This document shows positions 38,849 to 49,320 of a stretch of DNA of 64,000 nucleotides, piece after piece. How positions within the stretch are numbered: position 1 is the first letter of the stretch; every line of letters begins with the position of its first letter. The notes under the pieces were generated by a model that made no database searches, was not told the DNA's origin, and saw only the letters and a list, made by a program, of their open reading frames with translations. The position numbers and the translations under genes were made by a program. The DNA comes from a virus: the IMG/VR virus record IMGVR_UViG_3300013006_000023, positions 43,652-107,651 of that record. One strand, written 5' to 3'.

Positions 38849-41800
38849 ATGCCCGATAATTTTAATTATTTTGACGAAAAAATAAAAGATGTATCGATAA
38901 CGTCGACTAATCCAGTAGATAATCCTGTGGATTCAGGTGCACCCCTCACTTTTAATGAATGGTTACAGTACAATAGCAGCTTATATACAAATGCCGAAGA
39001 ATTTCTATCACGATACCAGTCTTATCTCAACAATTGGTACCAAAAAAAGAATTTATCAGTAGAAGAGCAAACCATCTCATCCAGAGATCTATACACGCAA
39101 CTCATCAGTGAAATAGTTATTAACTACAGCTCTTCAGAAGAAAAGAGATTCTTAAAGAACATTGATATTAATAATAATAGAGATTTAGCCATAGCTATCC
39201 CCTTCTTTTCAACAAAAATTAAAGAAATATGCTTATATTACAGTACTTTACGCGATGAAGTAAATTCAGCCAACATTAAATTCAATTTGAGAGGATCAGA
39301 TCTTGGATTAGAGAAATTAATTTACAATGAAGTGTCAAAAAGTCTTGAAAATGAAGACTTGGTTGACCTCATATCCACTCTTGGTTTATCATTAAGTGAG
39401 GTAAGAAACAATCTTGTGGTAGAAGTTGGTGATTTGTACGACACATACAGCAATTATCTTGATGTGAGTCCTGACAAACAGCCATCTGATTACAATTTAA
39501 CGCCAGAAGACGACAGAAGTAAATATTTTTCTTTAAACCAATATGATATTAATAGCGATGTTTTCATTAACCTAAACTCTGCAATAGTAACAGCCATCAC
39601 AGGCTATCCTTTTTATCTAATAGAGTTGGGTACTAATAATTTCTCCATCACTCCTAATGTATCACCACAAGATCTAATTTACTTGAAAGATAGTGATTTC
39701 ATTAACACTATCAATACAAATAACAAAGACAATTTAAATCTAAATCTCGATAAACTACTCACACCCAAGTTCATGGGCACAAGTTATTATTTTCTTTCAA
39801 CAGGAACAACACAAACAAATTATGTCACTGGTTTACTTTTTGATGCAAAGAACAAATTTGCAAATTATTTGAACAAAAGATATCCAACAGTTGCAGCAGT
39901 GGCAAGTGACAGCTTTTTAAAAACCGGCAAAGAAATTGGTTTGTTTTTTAAACCTGATAAACTAGGGTTAACCACTTTTGTTTCCAAAGATTTTAATGCT
40001 CAAGTAAATGCAGCTGCGTTAAGTGCCAATACACTTTATGTTTTTCCAGACCCTAGTGAATACGGCAATGTAAGCGGTCTAACAAAAGAAAATTTTAGTT
40101 CACCTTTAATCTTTAATGAAAACAACTATGATTTAAAAATTGATTTCTCCAATCAATACAGATTTGGTGAAGCTGACAGCAATCCATACTATCAAACGTT
40201 CAGAGGGTACCAAAGCAGAGAGCAAAGCCTGCAAGATGCACCTCAAGGCATATCAAGATATGTGGACAGTCAAGAGTTCTTTGCCGGTGATCTCAAGAAA
40301 GTCTGGGCAAACAAAGATACCTTCCCCTTGTTTCCTATTACCCGATACCCTCTTGATGAAAGGATAGATGCGTTAGTCTCTATCAATAAAACTTTGGTCA
40401 ACTATAAGAGCGATATATTTGGCAACGAGTATAGTGTATACAAAAATTCTCATCCAAGCAGGCTCATAGACGATTTGGTGAAGTATCTTTTGAATAGAGT
40501 TAAAGAACGCATTTATTATTGCTTGCTTGTAAATGGGCATTTTTATTATGACAGTGTTTCCGGCTTCAATTTTAACTATGCAGTACAAGATGTTGCAAAA
40601 GGATACTCTGGCATAATCTTAAAAACCACAACCAACATTCCTCCTGGTTCAGGATACTGGCTTCAAGGTGGTACATTTGCAACATCCACCTCTGCCTACA
40701 ATCAAGGGCCTCCACAGTTTTATCTCTCAGGCGCACCTACTCCATTGGCATCATACAGGTTTTTACCAGAAAAGTTTTGCCCCAGCTACATAGAAAAAGA
40801 CTTTGAATGCTTCATAGCTGATGGTGTAACATTTACTGGAAAAAATGGTGAAATATTTGATGATTATTCTTCAGACAGATCCAGCTTCAATGAAGACTCT
40901 AATGTGTATTACAATACATTGTATGATGCAGGCATGAACCCTGCAGGCCCTAGAGGCAGAGCTAATACTGTGAATCCTGGCATCTTCAACTACAACCCAC
41001 CACAATCTGCGTATTCCACTCTGGATAATTATCTGTATCTGTACAGAGGCATACCCATTTGTTCCACAGTATTTCAACTGCCTTCTTATACTGAAAATAA
41101 TAATTTCTTAAATTACAAATTACCCAATCGAGACACCAAAGCACTTACAGAAGCTTTTTCCATGAAAAAGAGAAGAAGCGTGTATGAGCTCAAGTATGTG
41201 GACTTAGGTGAAATATATTTCAGAAGCTCCAATTCTGATACTATTGCTCCTGCTTCAGCAGCATTGAGCAGCGTATTTATAAAATATGACACCTTCATTC
41301 AGAACGAAATATACAATAACTCTGTTGGATTGGATGTTTATTATGATGTGCTGCAGATTGACACAGTAAACTACACAATTTTTGATAAGCTTAAATTTAA
41401 TTATGAAACTAATCAAATAATAGGATCCACAAGAAGCGATGTATACTTTAAGGCTGGAGACAGCAATTTGGAAAAGATATCAACTGTGTGGTTCAATGAA
41501 GTGGAGAATGCATTAATAATTTGCAAGACTGTTCTGTTTCCCGAATTAAGTGCCACAAACAGCAAGATTTTATATCCAGAAATCTATAGTATTGATCTGC
41601 GCACTCTCAACTTCACCCAATTGTATCCATTTGCCAAGAGAGACAATTTAACAATGAATGATGTGGCTAGCTTCACTCTGTCCTCATTGAATGTTAACAT
41701 AGTTTCCATAGACAAACCTCTGTTAAGTTACAGCAGTGAGACTGAAACGTACAGCATTACGTATTTGGGCAGAGACATGTCAGGTGTGATGTATATTTTT

Positions 41801-41977
41801 AAAACGTATTTCAGATACATAAATGGCAAAATAGCAAACATATATTCTGGTGTTTACGATTTGAGAACCAATGCATCCAGCATTAATATAGGCGATGAGC
41901 TCACTGGTTACAGTACAGACAACATACTTGGCACAGGCAATATAAATTATGCTGATGATGCATTAATAATGGGATAA
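38849..41977 (+). CDS. Large putative structural (baseplate/fibre) protein
   Basis: 1042 aa; late motif; structural cluster. Confidence 0.6.
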   Translation: MPDNFNYFDEKIKDVSITSTNPVDNPVDSGAPLTFNEWLQYNSSLYTNAEEFLSRYQSYLNNWYQKKNLSVEEQTISSRDLYTQLISEIVINYSSSEEKRFLKNIDINNNRDLAIAIPFFSTKIKEICLYYSTLRDEVNSANIKFNLRGSDLGLEKLIYNEVSKSLENEDLVDLISTLGLSLSEVRNNLVVEVGDLYDTYSNYLDVSPDKQPSDYNLTPEDDRSKYFSLNQYDINSDVFINLNSAIVTAITGYPFYLIELGTNNFSITPNVSPQDLIYLKDSDFINTINTNNKDNLNLNLDKLLTPKFMGTSYYFLSTGTTQTNYVTGLLFDAKNKFANYLNKRYPTVAAVASDSFLKTGKEIGLFFKPDKLGLTTFVSKDFNAQVNAAALSANTLYVFPDPSEYGNVSGLTKENFSSPLIFNENNYDLKIDFSNQYRFGEADSNPYYQTFRGYQSREQSLQDAPQGISRYVDSQEFFAGDLKKVWANKDTFPLFPITRYPLDERIDALVSINKTLVNYKSDIFGNEYSVYKNSHPSRLIDDLVKYLLNRVKERIYYCLLVNGHFYYDSVSGFNFNYAVQDVAKGYSGIILKTTTNIPPGSGYWLQGGTFATSTSAYNQGPPQFYLSGAPTPLASYRFLPEKFCPSYIEKDFECFIADGVTFTGKNGEIFDDYSSDRSSFNEDSNVYYNTLYDAGMNPAGPRGRANTVNPGIFNYNPPQSAYSTLDNYLYLYRGIPICSTVFQLPSYTENNNFLNYKLPNRDTKALTEAFSMKKRRSVYELKYVDLGEIYFRSSNSDTIAPASAALSSVFIKYDTFIQNEIYNNSVGLDVYYDVLQIDTVNYTIFDKLKFNYETNQIIGSTRSDVYFKAGDSNLEKISTVWFNEVENALIICKTVLFPELSATNSKILYPEIYSIDLRTLNFTQLYPFAKRDNLTMNDVASFTLSSLNVNIVSIDKPLLSYSSETETYSITYLGRDMSGVMYIFKTYFRYINGKIANIYSGVYDLRTNASSINIGDELTGYSTDNILGTGNINYADDALIMG

Positions 41978-41981
41978 CAAC

Positions 41982-44900
41982 ATGAATGTACTTCCAGAAA
42001 AAATTCGTCTCAATGTAGGCCATCCTGCAAATGTATTAGCAGATTTGACTTACAATTATTCGCTTTGCGCGCCCATCTTAAGTTCAATCACTAATGTGCC
42101 GCTCCCAGGTTACATTGGCTATTATTTTAATGACGGTAATACTACGAGAAGATATGCTGCACTAATATATACTACTCAAGATCAATATATATATTCACCG
42201 ACCAGACAATTAAGCGCAAACAGATGGAATCTAATTTATGGTTTTACATCACCTATTAATAATGTTTACGATACCCACACACATACTGATCCTCAACCTA
42301 TTAATACATCTAGCCCAATTAATAATTATGTAACATTGACTGGTTGGGGATTCACAAGAAATATAACCACACTTTCAGGCAGGAAAATACACATAACTTA
42401 CAATGATTTCAATTGGTATGATATTAATACTGTGCTGGTACAGAATATCACAGGTAATTTTACACAATTCAACGGTGTTTACACATATGCGCCGGGTTCA
42501 CTATCAGGTGTATATGTAAAAGAACTTTATTTGGATCAGTATGGTGTACCATATTATGCAGCATTGACATATGTAAAAGATTTTTACTATGGAAATAATC
42601 TATGGGCTTTCGGTGAAGGGTATTTAGGTTCCTATAGTTATATATTTTCAGCTGCAAATGTTTTTCCAATATTGTCTTCATCTGCAATAGTGCCCACAAC
42701 AGGTTACAGTTATTTTTCATTTCATGGCTTAGATGTAAATCAAAGTCGATATGCTTCTTTTGCATATGATCGCATTCAGCCTACACCCACACCCACACCC
42801 ACTCAAACACCTACACAGACACCCACCAACACACAAACTCCTTCACAGACACCCACGCGTACACAGACACCTACACAGACACCCACCAACACACAAACTC
42901 CTTCACAGACACCTACCAATACGCAGACACCTTCCAATACCCCCACACAGACACCCACTCCCACCATCACCAATGTAGGTGTGCAATCTCTTTCATCACT
43001 GCCTACAACAGATCCTTCATCAAAAACATCTACTGTAGCTTTGTCAAGTTTTGTTATCAATCCAACTGATGATGACATATTTTCATTTCAATGCGCACAT
43101 TATGGCCCCACATTGAGTGGGTGTGAAGGGTTTTCACTATTTTTCATAGATACAACTCTACCACCACAACAAAGATATGATGGTGCACCATTGAGAGGCT
43201 TGGGGTACAGCAGTCTCATACTCAGAGACGCTGGATTCATAAAAGTTTATTTGGGAGTGGAGAATGGTGTGTTTGGAATTGGTTTTGATTCTTCTGGCAA
43301 TTTTGGCTTGAGTTCAGCTGGTGTATTAGGTTATGGCAAACCCATACCCAACAGTGTCACACTCAGATCATCAATAAACAATAAATTTGTTCCATTATAC
43401 AGAACAGAAGACTTATCTAATGAATATTTAGATGAACCCTTCTCCATGTATCAACAGCTAACTGGCAGCCCGCAATTCACAGATTACAGAATACGATTCT
43501 CAAATTTTGGTAAAACAATCTTTTTAGATTTTAAAAACAGAGAAATATTTAGAAACATCTTAAAATATGATTTTGCAACTGCTCTGCCTTCCATCATGCC
43601 ATCAATAGGATTCTCTGCTCTGTCTGGTTCTAAATTGGCTGTCAGAGGATTCAATTATAACGGCAATCTCATTCCATTAACACCCACACCCACCCCTTCT
43701 ATAACACCTTCACGGACACCCACTCAAACTCCAACAACTACCAGAACACCCACACCTACTAGAACACTTACACCTACACCTTCCATGACACCTTCCATAA
43801 CACCTACACCTTCCATAACACCTTCACGGACACCCACTCAAACACCCACACCCACTAGAACACCCACCCCCACTGTAACACCCACACTTCCTGACAACCG
43901 AGTATTTTATGCTGATTTTGCCAACACTTTAAGCTATCCAGGCACTGGTACCCTTGTTCAGAATTTGAAGAGTTTGTCCAATTATGCAACCTTGACTAAT
44001 GGATTTTATCCCATTACCAGTTATGGAGGTGGCATACATGTTATTTCTTCAAATGGTTTTACATTTGATTACCCGGGTTTCACTTGGAATCAATTGGGAT
44101 TGAACAACAACTTCACTGTTAACATGTGGCTGCAATTGAGCAGTTATCCACAAGAATATTTCCGATCATTGTTCAGCAGTGAAAGCTACCAGTTGAGTGG
44201 GTTCAGATGCTTTCTAGGAGGCTCTGGCTCTGGTAGCTTGCAAGGTAGACTAGTCTTTGGTAATGGTGAAAGTTTATCTTCTACAGATTCTCCAGCATTC
44301 GCTGTGCAACCGGCAACTGTGGTGCCTCTCAACACACCAGTCAATCTCACATTCACAGTGGCTCCATGTGGTGGACCTCTTGGAGTAGTGGCCAGTGTGT
44401 ACATGAATGGCATGATGGCAGCATCTGCCTCTGGCAATTTCCGATCACCATGGAACACCACAATCAGACTATTCAGCATTGGTGGCTGGAAACCAGCAGA
44501 GTGTGATTTCTTTTTAGCAGAGTATGCCACAGGAGCACAGCCTTCATGGCAAGTTAAGGACAGATACAACCAATATGCACCTCGCTTTAGACCTGCTGTT
44601 TATAATTATATTACATTTACAGGTGAAATTATTCCAATAGTAGCACCACAAACCCCTAACTATTTAATTGTATCAACAGATGTACAAACATTCAGCGCTA
44701 CTTTCGATTCACAAATACTAGGCATATCAAATAATTTCGATACTAACAATTTTACCAACTGTAACCTTACTTTTAATTACAGCGCCGGTCTATCGGCTAA
44801 TAAACAGGTTGTATATACTACACAAAACGCTACAATTTCTAGTAATTTAGGCAATTTATATACTTTGTATTACACAAATACCGGTTCAATTATATTAGGT

Positions 44901-46550
44901 TTTGCTGTCAGCAATTTAAATGTCCCGCCTATAACAAGCTACCCACCCCCTTCTCCAACCCCCACCCAGACACCTACTCAAACACCCACCCCCACCCAGA
45001 CACCTACTCAAACACCCACACCCACACCTACTCCTACAATAACACCCACTCCTTCTACCACACCGTCTTTGGCTAATAACATATGTGTGTCAGGAGCTGG
45101 AACTGAAGAGGCAAATGGAACTTATGCATATGACCCCAACTTCAATGCCAATCCCGGAAAGAAGGTTTGGTTAAGATTTCAGCCTTTAGGACCCCCCTAC
45201 AGTTACGGTGTGACTTATGACGAGGCCCAGGGTCGGTGGGTTTTAGGTGTTTACTTTGTTTTATCTTTGCAAACTACTCTTTACTCCAACTCTGCTCCCA
45301 ATTCAGTAAACCCACCGCAATCTGGATGGGTTGTTGACTCTGGGACTGTGCCTGCACCCACCATCGCTCATGCAGCATGTCCTACACCCACACCTACAGT
45401 TACACCTACAGTTACACCTACAGTTACACCAACTGTCACACCAACTCTCATACCGCCGCCCCCATCTTACCAATACTATGGCACAGGATCCAATCTCTAT
45501 GGACAATTAGGATTGGGCGACACAACTCAATTTAACACATTCACTGCATTGACTGGCAATTGGTCACAAGTTGCATGTGGTGGCAATCATACCATGGCAT
45601 TGTCAGCAGGTACTAATAACCAATGGTTTGCCGCAGGGTACAATCAATATGGTCAATTGGGATTGGGCAACAGTGGTGCAGGTACCAACAGAAACACCTT
45701 CACTGCATTGACTGGCAATTGGGCACAGATTGCATGTGGTACCTATCACACCATGGCATTAAGTGCTGGCACTAATGCATTGTTTGGCACAGGATTCAAT
45801 GTCAGTGGTCAATTGGGATTGAGCGACACAGTGCAAAGAACCACATTCACACAATTGACTGGCAATTGGTCACAGGTGGCATGTGGTAGCCAGCACACCA
45901 TGGCATTGTCAGCAGGTACTAATAACCAATGGTTTGCCGCAGGATTAAATAATGATGGTCAATTGGGATTGGGCAACAGTGGTGTAGGTACCAACAGAAC
46001 CACATTCACACAATTGACAGGCAATTGGTCGCAAATCATATGTGCTAATGGTGGCGAACACACCATGGCATTGTCAGCAGGTACTAATAACCAATGGTTT
46101 GCCGCAGGATTCAATGGCTCTGGTCAATTGGGATTGGGCAACAACACACTGAGAAACACATTCACTGCATTGACTGGCAATTGGTCACAAGTTGCATGTG
46201 GTGCCTATCACACCATGGCATTGAGTGCTGGCACTAATGCATTATTTGCCACAGGATCCAATCTCTATGGACAATTAGGATTGGGCAACAGTGGTGCAGG
46301 TACCAACAGAAACACCTTCACTGCATTGACTGGCAATTGGTCACAGATTGCATGTGGTACCTATCACACCATGGCGTTGAGTGCTGGTACTACACAGTGG
46401 TTTGCCACAGGGTACAATCTATATGGTCAATTGGGATTGGGCAACAGTGGTGCAGGTACCAACAGAACCACATTCACACAATTGACTGGTAATTGGTCAC
46501 AGGTGGCATGTGGTAGCCAGCACACCATGGCATTGAGTAGTACACTATAA
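41982..46550 (+). CDS. Multidomain putative adhesin/receptor-binding protein: four Thr/Pro linkers, L-type lectin-like, LamG-like, 7x RCC1 repeats
   Basis: TPTPT tracts; EGFSLFF..GLGY..GIGFD (lectin-like); FTVNMW..VYMNG (LamG-like); seven GQLG..ACG..HT repeats. Confidence 0.8.
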   Translation: MNVLPEKIRLNVGHPANVLADLTYNYSLCAPILSSITNVPLPGYIGYYFNDGNTTRRYAALIYTTQDQYIYSPTRQLSANRWNLIYGFTSPINNVYDTHTHTDPQPINTSSPINNYVTLTGWGFTRNITTLSGRKIHITYNDFNWYDINTVLVQNITGNFTQFNGVYTYAPGSLSGVYVKELYLDQYGVPYYAALTYVKDFYYGNNLWAFGEGYLGSYSYIFSAANVFPILSSSAIVPTTGYSYFSFHGLDVNQSRYASFAYDRIQPTPTPTPTQTPTQTPTNTQTPSQTPTRTQTPTQTPTNTQTPSQTPTNTQTPSNTPTQTPTPTITNVGVQSLSSLPTTDPSSKTSTVALSSFVINPTDDDIFSFQCAHYGPTLSGCEGFSLFFIDTTLPPQQRYDGAPLRGLGYSSLILRDAGFIKVYLGVENGVFGIGFDSSGNFGLSSAGVLGYGKPIPNSVTLRSSINNKFVPLYRTEDLSNEYLDEPFSMYQQLTGSPQFTDYRIRFSNFGKTIFLDFKNREIFRNILKYDFATALPSIMPSIGFSALSGSKLAVRGFNYNGNLIPLTPTPTPSITPSRTPTQTPTTTRTPTPTRTLTPTPSMTPSITPTPSITPSRTPTQTPTPTRTPTPTVTPTLPDNRVFYADFANTLSYPGTGTLVQNLKSLSNYATLTNGFYPITSYGGGIHVISSNGFTFDYPGFTWNQLGLNNNFTVNMWLQLSSYPQEYFRSLFSSESYQLSGFRCFLGGSGSGSLQGRLVFGNGESLSSTDSPAFAVQPATVVPLNTPVNLTFTVAPCGGPLGVVASVYMNGMMAASASGNFRSPWNTTIRLFSIGGWKPAECDFFLAEYATGAQPSWQVKDRYNQYAPRFRPAVYNYITFTGEIIPIVAPQTPNYLIVSTDVQTFSATFDSQILGISNNFDTNNFTNCNLTFNYSAGLSANKQVVYTTQNATISSNLGNLYTLYYTNTGSIILGFAVSNLNVPPITSYPPPSPTPTQTPTQTPTPTQTPTQTPTPTPTPTITPTPSTTPSLANNICVSGAGTEEANGTYAYDPNFNANPGKKVWLRFQPLGPPYSYGVTYDEAQGRWVLGVYFVLSLQTTLYSNSAPNSVNPPQSGWVVDSGTVPAPTIAHAACPTPTPTVTPTVTPTVTPTVTPTLIPPPPSYQYYGTGSNLYGQLGLGDTTQFNTFTALTGNWSQVACGGNHTMALSAGTNNQWFAAGYNQYGQLGLGNSGAGTNRNTFTALTGNWAQIACGTYHTMALSAGTNALFGTGFNVSGQLGLSDTVQRTTFTQLTGNWSQVACGSQHTMALSAGTNNQWFAAGLNNDGQLGLGNSGVGTNRTTFTQLTGNWSQIICANGGEHTMALSAGTNNQWFAAGFNGSGQLGLGNNTLRNTFTALTGNWSQVACGAYHTMALSAGTNALFATGSNLYGQLGLGNSGAGTNRNTFTALTGNWSQIACGTYHTMALSAGTTQWFATGYNLYGQLGLGNSGAGTNRTTFTQLTGNWSQVACGSQHTMALSSTL
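42780..42970 (+). repeat. Thr/Pro/Gln coding repeat (mucin-like linker)
   Basis: ACACCC/ACACAG tandem codons encoding [14 protein letters not shown]. Confidence 0.9.
43680..43890 (+). repeat. Thr/Pro coding repeat
   Basis: [16 protein letters not shown]. Confidence 0.9.
44945..45068 (+). repeat. Thr/Pro coding repeat
   Basis: [15 protein letters not shown]. Confidence 0.9.
45478..46540 (+). repeat. Seven near-identical ~150-bp RCC1-type coding repeats
   Basis: Recurrent GGTCAATTGGGATTG, ACTGGCAATTGGTCACA and CACACCATGGCATTG blocks. Confidence 0.92.
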
Positions 46551-46558
46551 CTCTATTC

Positions 46559-46586
46559 TTGATTTAAGACTATTTTATATTAAAAT
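46559..46586 (+). promoter_or_regulatory. Sigma70-like promoter, leaderless
   Basis: TTGATT-N16-TAAAAT, 6 nt before GTG 46593. Confidence 0.6.
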
Positions 46587-46592
46587 ATTCTT

Positions 46593-47864
46593 GTGAAAAA
46601 ACAGCTCAACGAAAAGATATTTATTTCCATTGCTTCATACAGAGACCCACAATTGTTGCCAACCTTAAGAGATTGTATTGCCAATGCTAAGCATCCCGAA
46701 AATTTAGTTTTTGGCATAGCTTGGCAAAGAGATGACAAGGAATCGTTGGAAGAATTTGCCAAAGACAAGAGATTCAGAGTGCTGGACATACCTTACAAAG
46801 AAAGCAAAGGCACTTGTTGGGCCAGAAGCAGCATACAAGGATTGTATAAAAACGAAAAGTATCACCTACAGCTTGACAGTCATCATCGGTTTGTCAAGGA
46901 CTGGGATGAAAAATGCATTGCCATGATCAAAGCTTTGCAAGACAAAGGCCATGAAAAGCCTTTGCTAACAGGTTATATATCCAGTTTTGATCCAGATAAT
47001 GATCCACAAGCACGCATCAATATTCCATGGAAAATGAATTTTGATAGGTTTATTCCAGAGGGTGCAGTGTTCTTTCTGCCTGCTTCAATTGATGAATACA
47101 AATCTCTCACACTGCCAGTACCAGGTCGCTTTGTATCAGCTCATTTCATCTTCACCCTGGGCCAGTGGATCAAAGAAGTGCCATATGATCCATTCTATTA
47201 CTTCCATGGTGAAGAGATAAACCTGGCTGTGAGGTCATACACCCATGGGTATGACATATTTCATCCTCATATTGTTGTGGCTTGGCATGAGTATACACGC
47301 AAAGGCAGGACCAAGCATTGGGATGATATCACTGATTGGGGTCAAATGAACACTTCATCTCATGCACGCAACCGCAAGTTGTTTGAAATGGATGGTGAAA
47401 AGAAGGACATCGATTTTGGCATATACGATTTTGGCAAGACAAGATCATTAGCAGATTATGAGAAGTATTCTGGTCTTTGCTTTAAAAAGCGTGCAGTGCA
47501 ACGTCACACTCTTGACAATCTGTATGCACCCAACCCCAATTCCACATTAACACCAGAAGAATATGACAAGTCTTTCTTAAGAATCTTCAAACATTGCATT
47601 GATGTTGGTTATGACAAAGTGCCAGAAAAAGATTATGATTTTTGGTGTGTGGCATTCAAAGATAAATCAGGCAAAGATGTGTACCGCAAAGATGCCGATC
47701 CAGAAGAAATTAAGAGAATGCTCAATGATCCCGACAAATATTGCAAAGTGTGGAGAGAGTTCAATGCAGAAGAAACACCACACAGTTGGATTGTGTGGCC
47801 ACATAGCTTATCAAAAGGCTGGGCTGAACCCATAGTAGGCTACCTGGGCAATGCTGTAAGCTAG
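46593..47864 (+). CDS. GT60-like UDP-GlcNAc:polypeptide (Thr/hydroxyproline) GlcNAc-transferase
   Basis: IFISIASYRDPQL..T, SKGTCWAR, LQLDSHHRF..DWD (DxH), VPYDP..YFHGEE, YTHGYD. Confidence 0.8.
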   Translation: MKKQLNEKIFISIASYRDPQLLPTLRDCIANAKHPENLVFGIAWQRDDKESLEEFAKDKRFRVLDIPYKESKGTCWARSSIQGLYKNEKYHLQLDSHHRFVKDWDEKCIAMIKALQDKGHEKPLLTGYISSFDPDNDPQARINIPWKMNFDRFIPEGAVFFLPASIDEYKSLTLPVPGRFVSAHFIFTLGQWIKEVPYDPFYYFHGEEINLAVRSYTHGYDIFHPHIVVAWHEYTRKGRTKHWDDITDWGQMNTSSHARNRKLFEMDGEKKDIDFGIYDFGKTRSLADYEKYSGLCFKKRAVQRHTLDNLYAPNPNSTLTPEEYDKSFLRIFKHCIDVGYDKVPEKDYDFWCVAFKDKSGKDVYRKDADPEEIKRMLNDPDKYCKVWREFNAEETPHSWIVWPHSLSKGWAEPIVGYLGNAVS

Positions 47865-47879
47865 TATAAATAAGTACTA

Positions 47880-48662
47880 ATGAACAAGTTTTGTTTTGCT
47901 ACAGAAGCAACATACCCCAATTACACAAAACGCATAAAAGAAAACATTCTGGGCGATTATTTGCATCTGGAGTTGGATAAAAAAAATGTGCCTTTCATAG
48001 TATCCACCAACAGGCCTGAAGATTTTGGAGAATTCAAAGATCACCCCACCATAAAAGTCTTTCATATTGACGATTTACGCAAAGATGCACCTGAATCTCT
48101 TGAATATGAATTGCTCCCTGAGAATCCTGCAGGCATTTATCCAAGCAGATACCCTTTCAACACAAGAAGATTCACATTAAAAAAAGCTGTTGAATTAGGA
48201 TGCAATTCTTGTTATTATTTTGAAGCTGATATCAAGGTTAACCGTGGATTGAATTTTACAAGTGATAGTTTTTTTAATTTCTTAAATGATATATATGCAC
48301 CCAACACTCTAACCACCAACACAACAATTTTTAGATACAAAAACTTAAAACCCGATGATGTATTTAATTTTCACGGTCAATACATTGAAAAATTTGGATA
48401 CAATTTTAAACCTGATCAATATGACACTGTTGACGGCACACTTCAATTTTACATGGGTGAAACATGTGACTCTCTATTAAACTTTTATAACACATGGAAT
48501 GACTTGGCATTATTTGGATACAGAAATGCTGTAAACGGAGGCTATGGCTACAAGAACAATGCACATGGCGTTCTTTCATTTGCCATACCAGCATCAAACT
48601 TTACCTTGAGGGAATATGGTCTCCCATTTTATGCTGATCACCATCCAGATGAAAGATACTAG
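47880..48662 (+). CDS. Putative GT-A fold glycosyltransferase
   Basis: IVSTN.P, YPFNTRRF, YYFEADI (DxD-like); cluster context. Confidence 0.5.
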   Translation: MNKFCFATEATYPNYTKRIKENILGDYLHLELDKKNVPFIVSTNRPEDFGEFKDHPTIKVFHIDDLRKDAPESLEYELLPENPAGIYPSRYPFNTRRFTLKKAVELGCNSCYYFEADIKVNRGLNFTSDSFFNFLNDIYAPNTLTTNTTIFRYKNLKPDDVFNFHGQYIEKFGYNFKPDQYDTVDGTLQFYMGETCDSLLNFYNTWNDLALFGYRNAVNGGYGYKNNAHGVLSFAIPASNFTLREYGLPFYADHHPDERY

Positions 48663-49318
48663 TGAAACTTTTAAGGAAAATTGTAGATAAAATTTCATTG
48701 CATAATGATTTTACCTTAGTAAGTGTGGGTGCCAACAACGGGCTATTTGTTGAAGAATTGGTTTATTTTGACATTCTTAAAAAAGATTGGAATTGCTTGT
48801 TCATAGAACCTGTGAAAGAATCTTTTGATAAATTAATTGAAAATTATAATGAACACTACCCTTTGAATAACTTTAAATATGAAAATAGTGCCATTTTTAT
48901 TGAAGATGGTACAGGAGAGCTAATTACTCATAAGAATGATGATTCGTTTGGCATGTGCTCTTTTTTTCGTCATAAAAATACTAATTCGGTGAGCATACCT
49001 GTTAATTTAAAAACATTTAAAACAATCTTAGATAAACATGAAATAAAACATGTGGATTTTTTAAAGGTTGATTGCGAGGGTTTTGATTATGAAGTTATCC
49101 TGCAACTGCTGGACATGCAAATACTTCCAAAGCTTATTTTATTTGAGGATATTATGCTTGGTGCAACTCCAAATGATGTAATTAAAGGTGTCAGAGGTAA
49201 ATCTGAATGCTTGACTGTGTTGAGGGCATTAAGATACAAAATTATTACTGATGTACCTGAAGTGGAATTTGAATCATCCAATATGTTTGCAGTGAGAAAT
49301 GATATAAATATTGAGTAA
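48662..49318 (+). CDS. FkbM-family methyltransferase
   Basis: VGANNG, FIEP, VDFLKVDCEGFDYEVI. Confidence 0.88.
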   Translation: MKLLRKIVDKISLHNDFTLVSVGANNGLFVEELVYFDILKKDWNCLFIEPVKESFDKLIENYNEHYPLNNFKYENSAIFIEDGTGELITHKNDDSFGMCSFFRHKNTNSVSIPVNLKTFKTILDKHEIKHVDFLKVDCEGFDYEVILQLLDMQILPKLILFEDIMLGATPNDVIKGVRGKSECLTVLRALRYKIITDVPEVEFESSNMFAVRNDINIE

Positions 49319-49320
49319 CC

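Noticed and set aside
45478-46540. Regularly spaced repeats with CAATTG palindromes, suggesting a CRISPR array or DGR
   Set aside because: Repeats are in-frame RCC1 blades without unique spacers; no cas gene, reverse transcriptase or separate template repeat in the window
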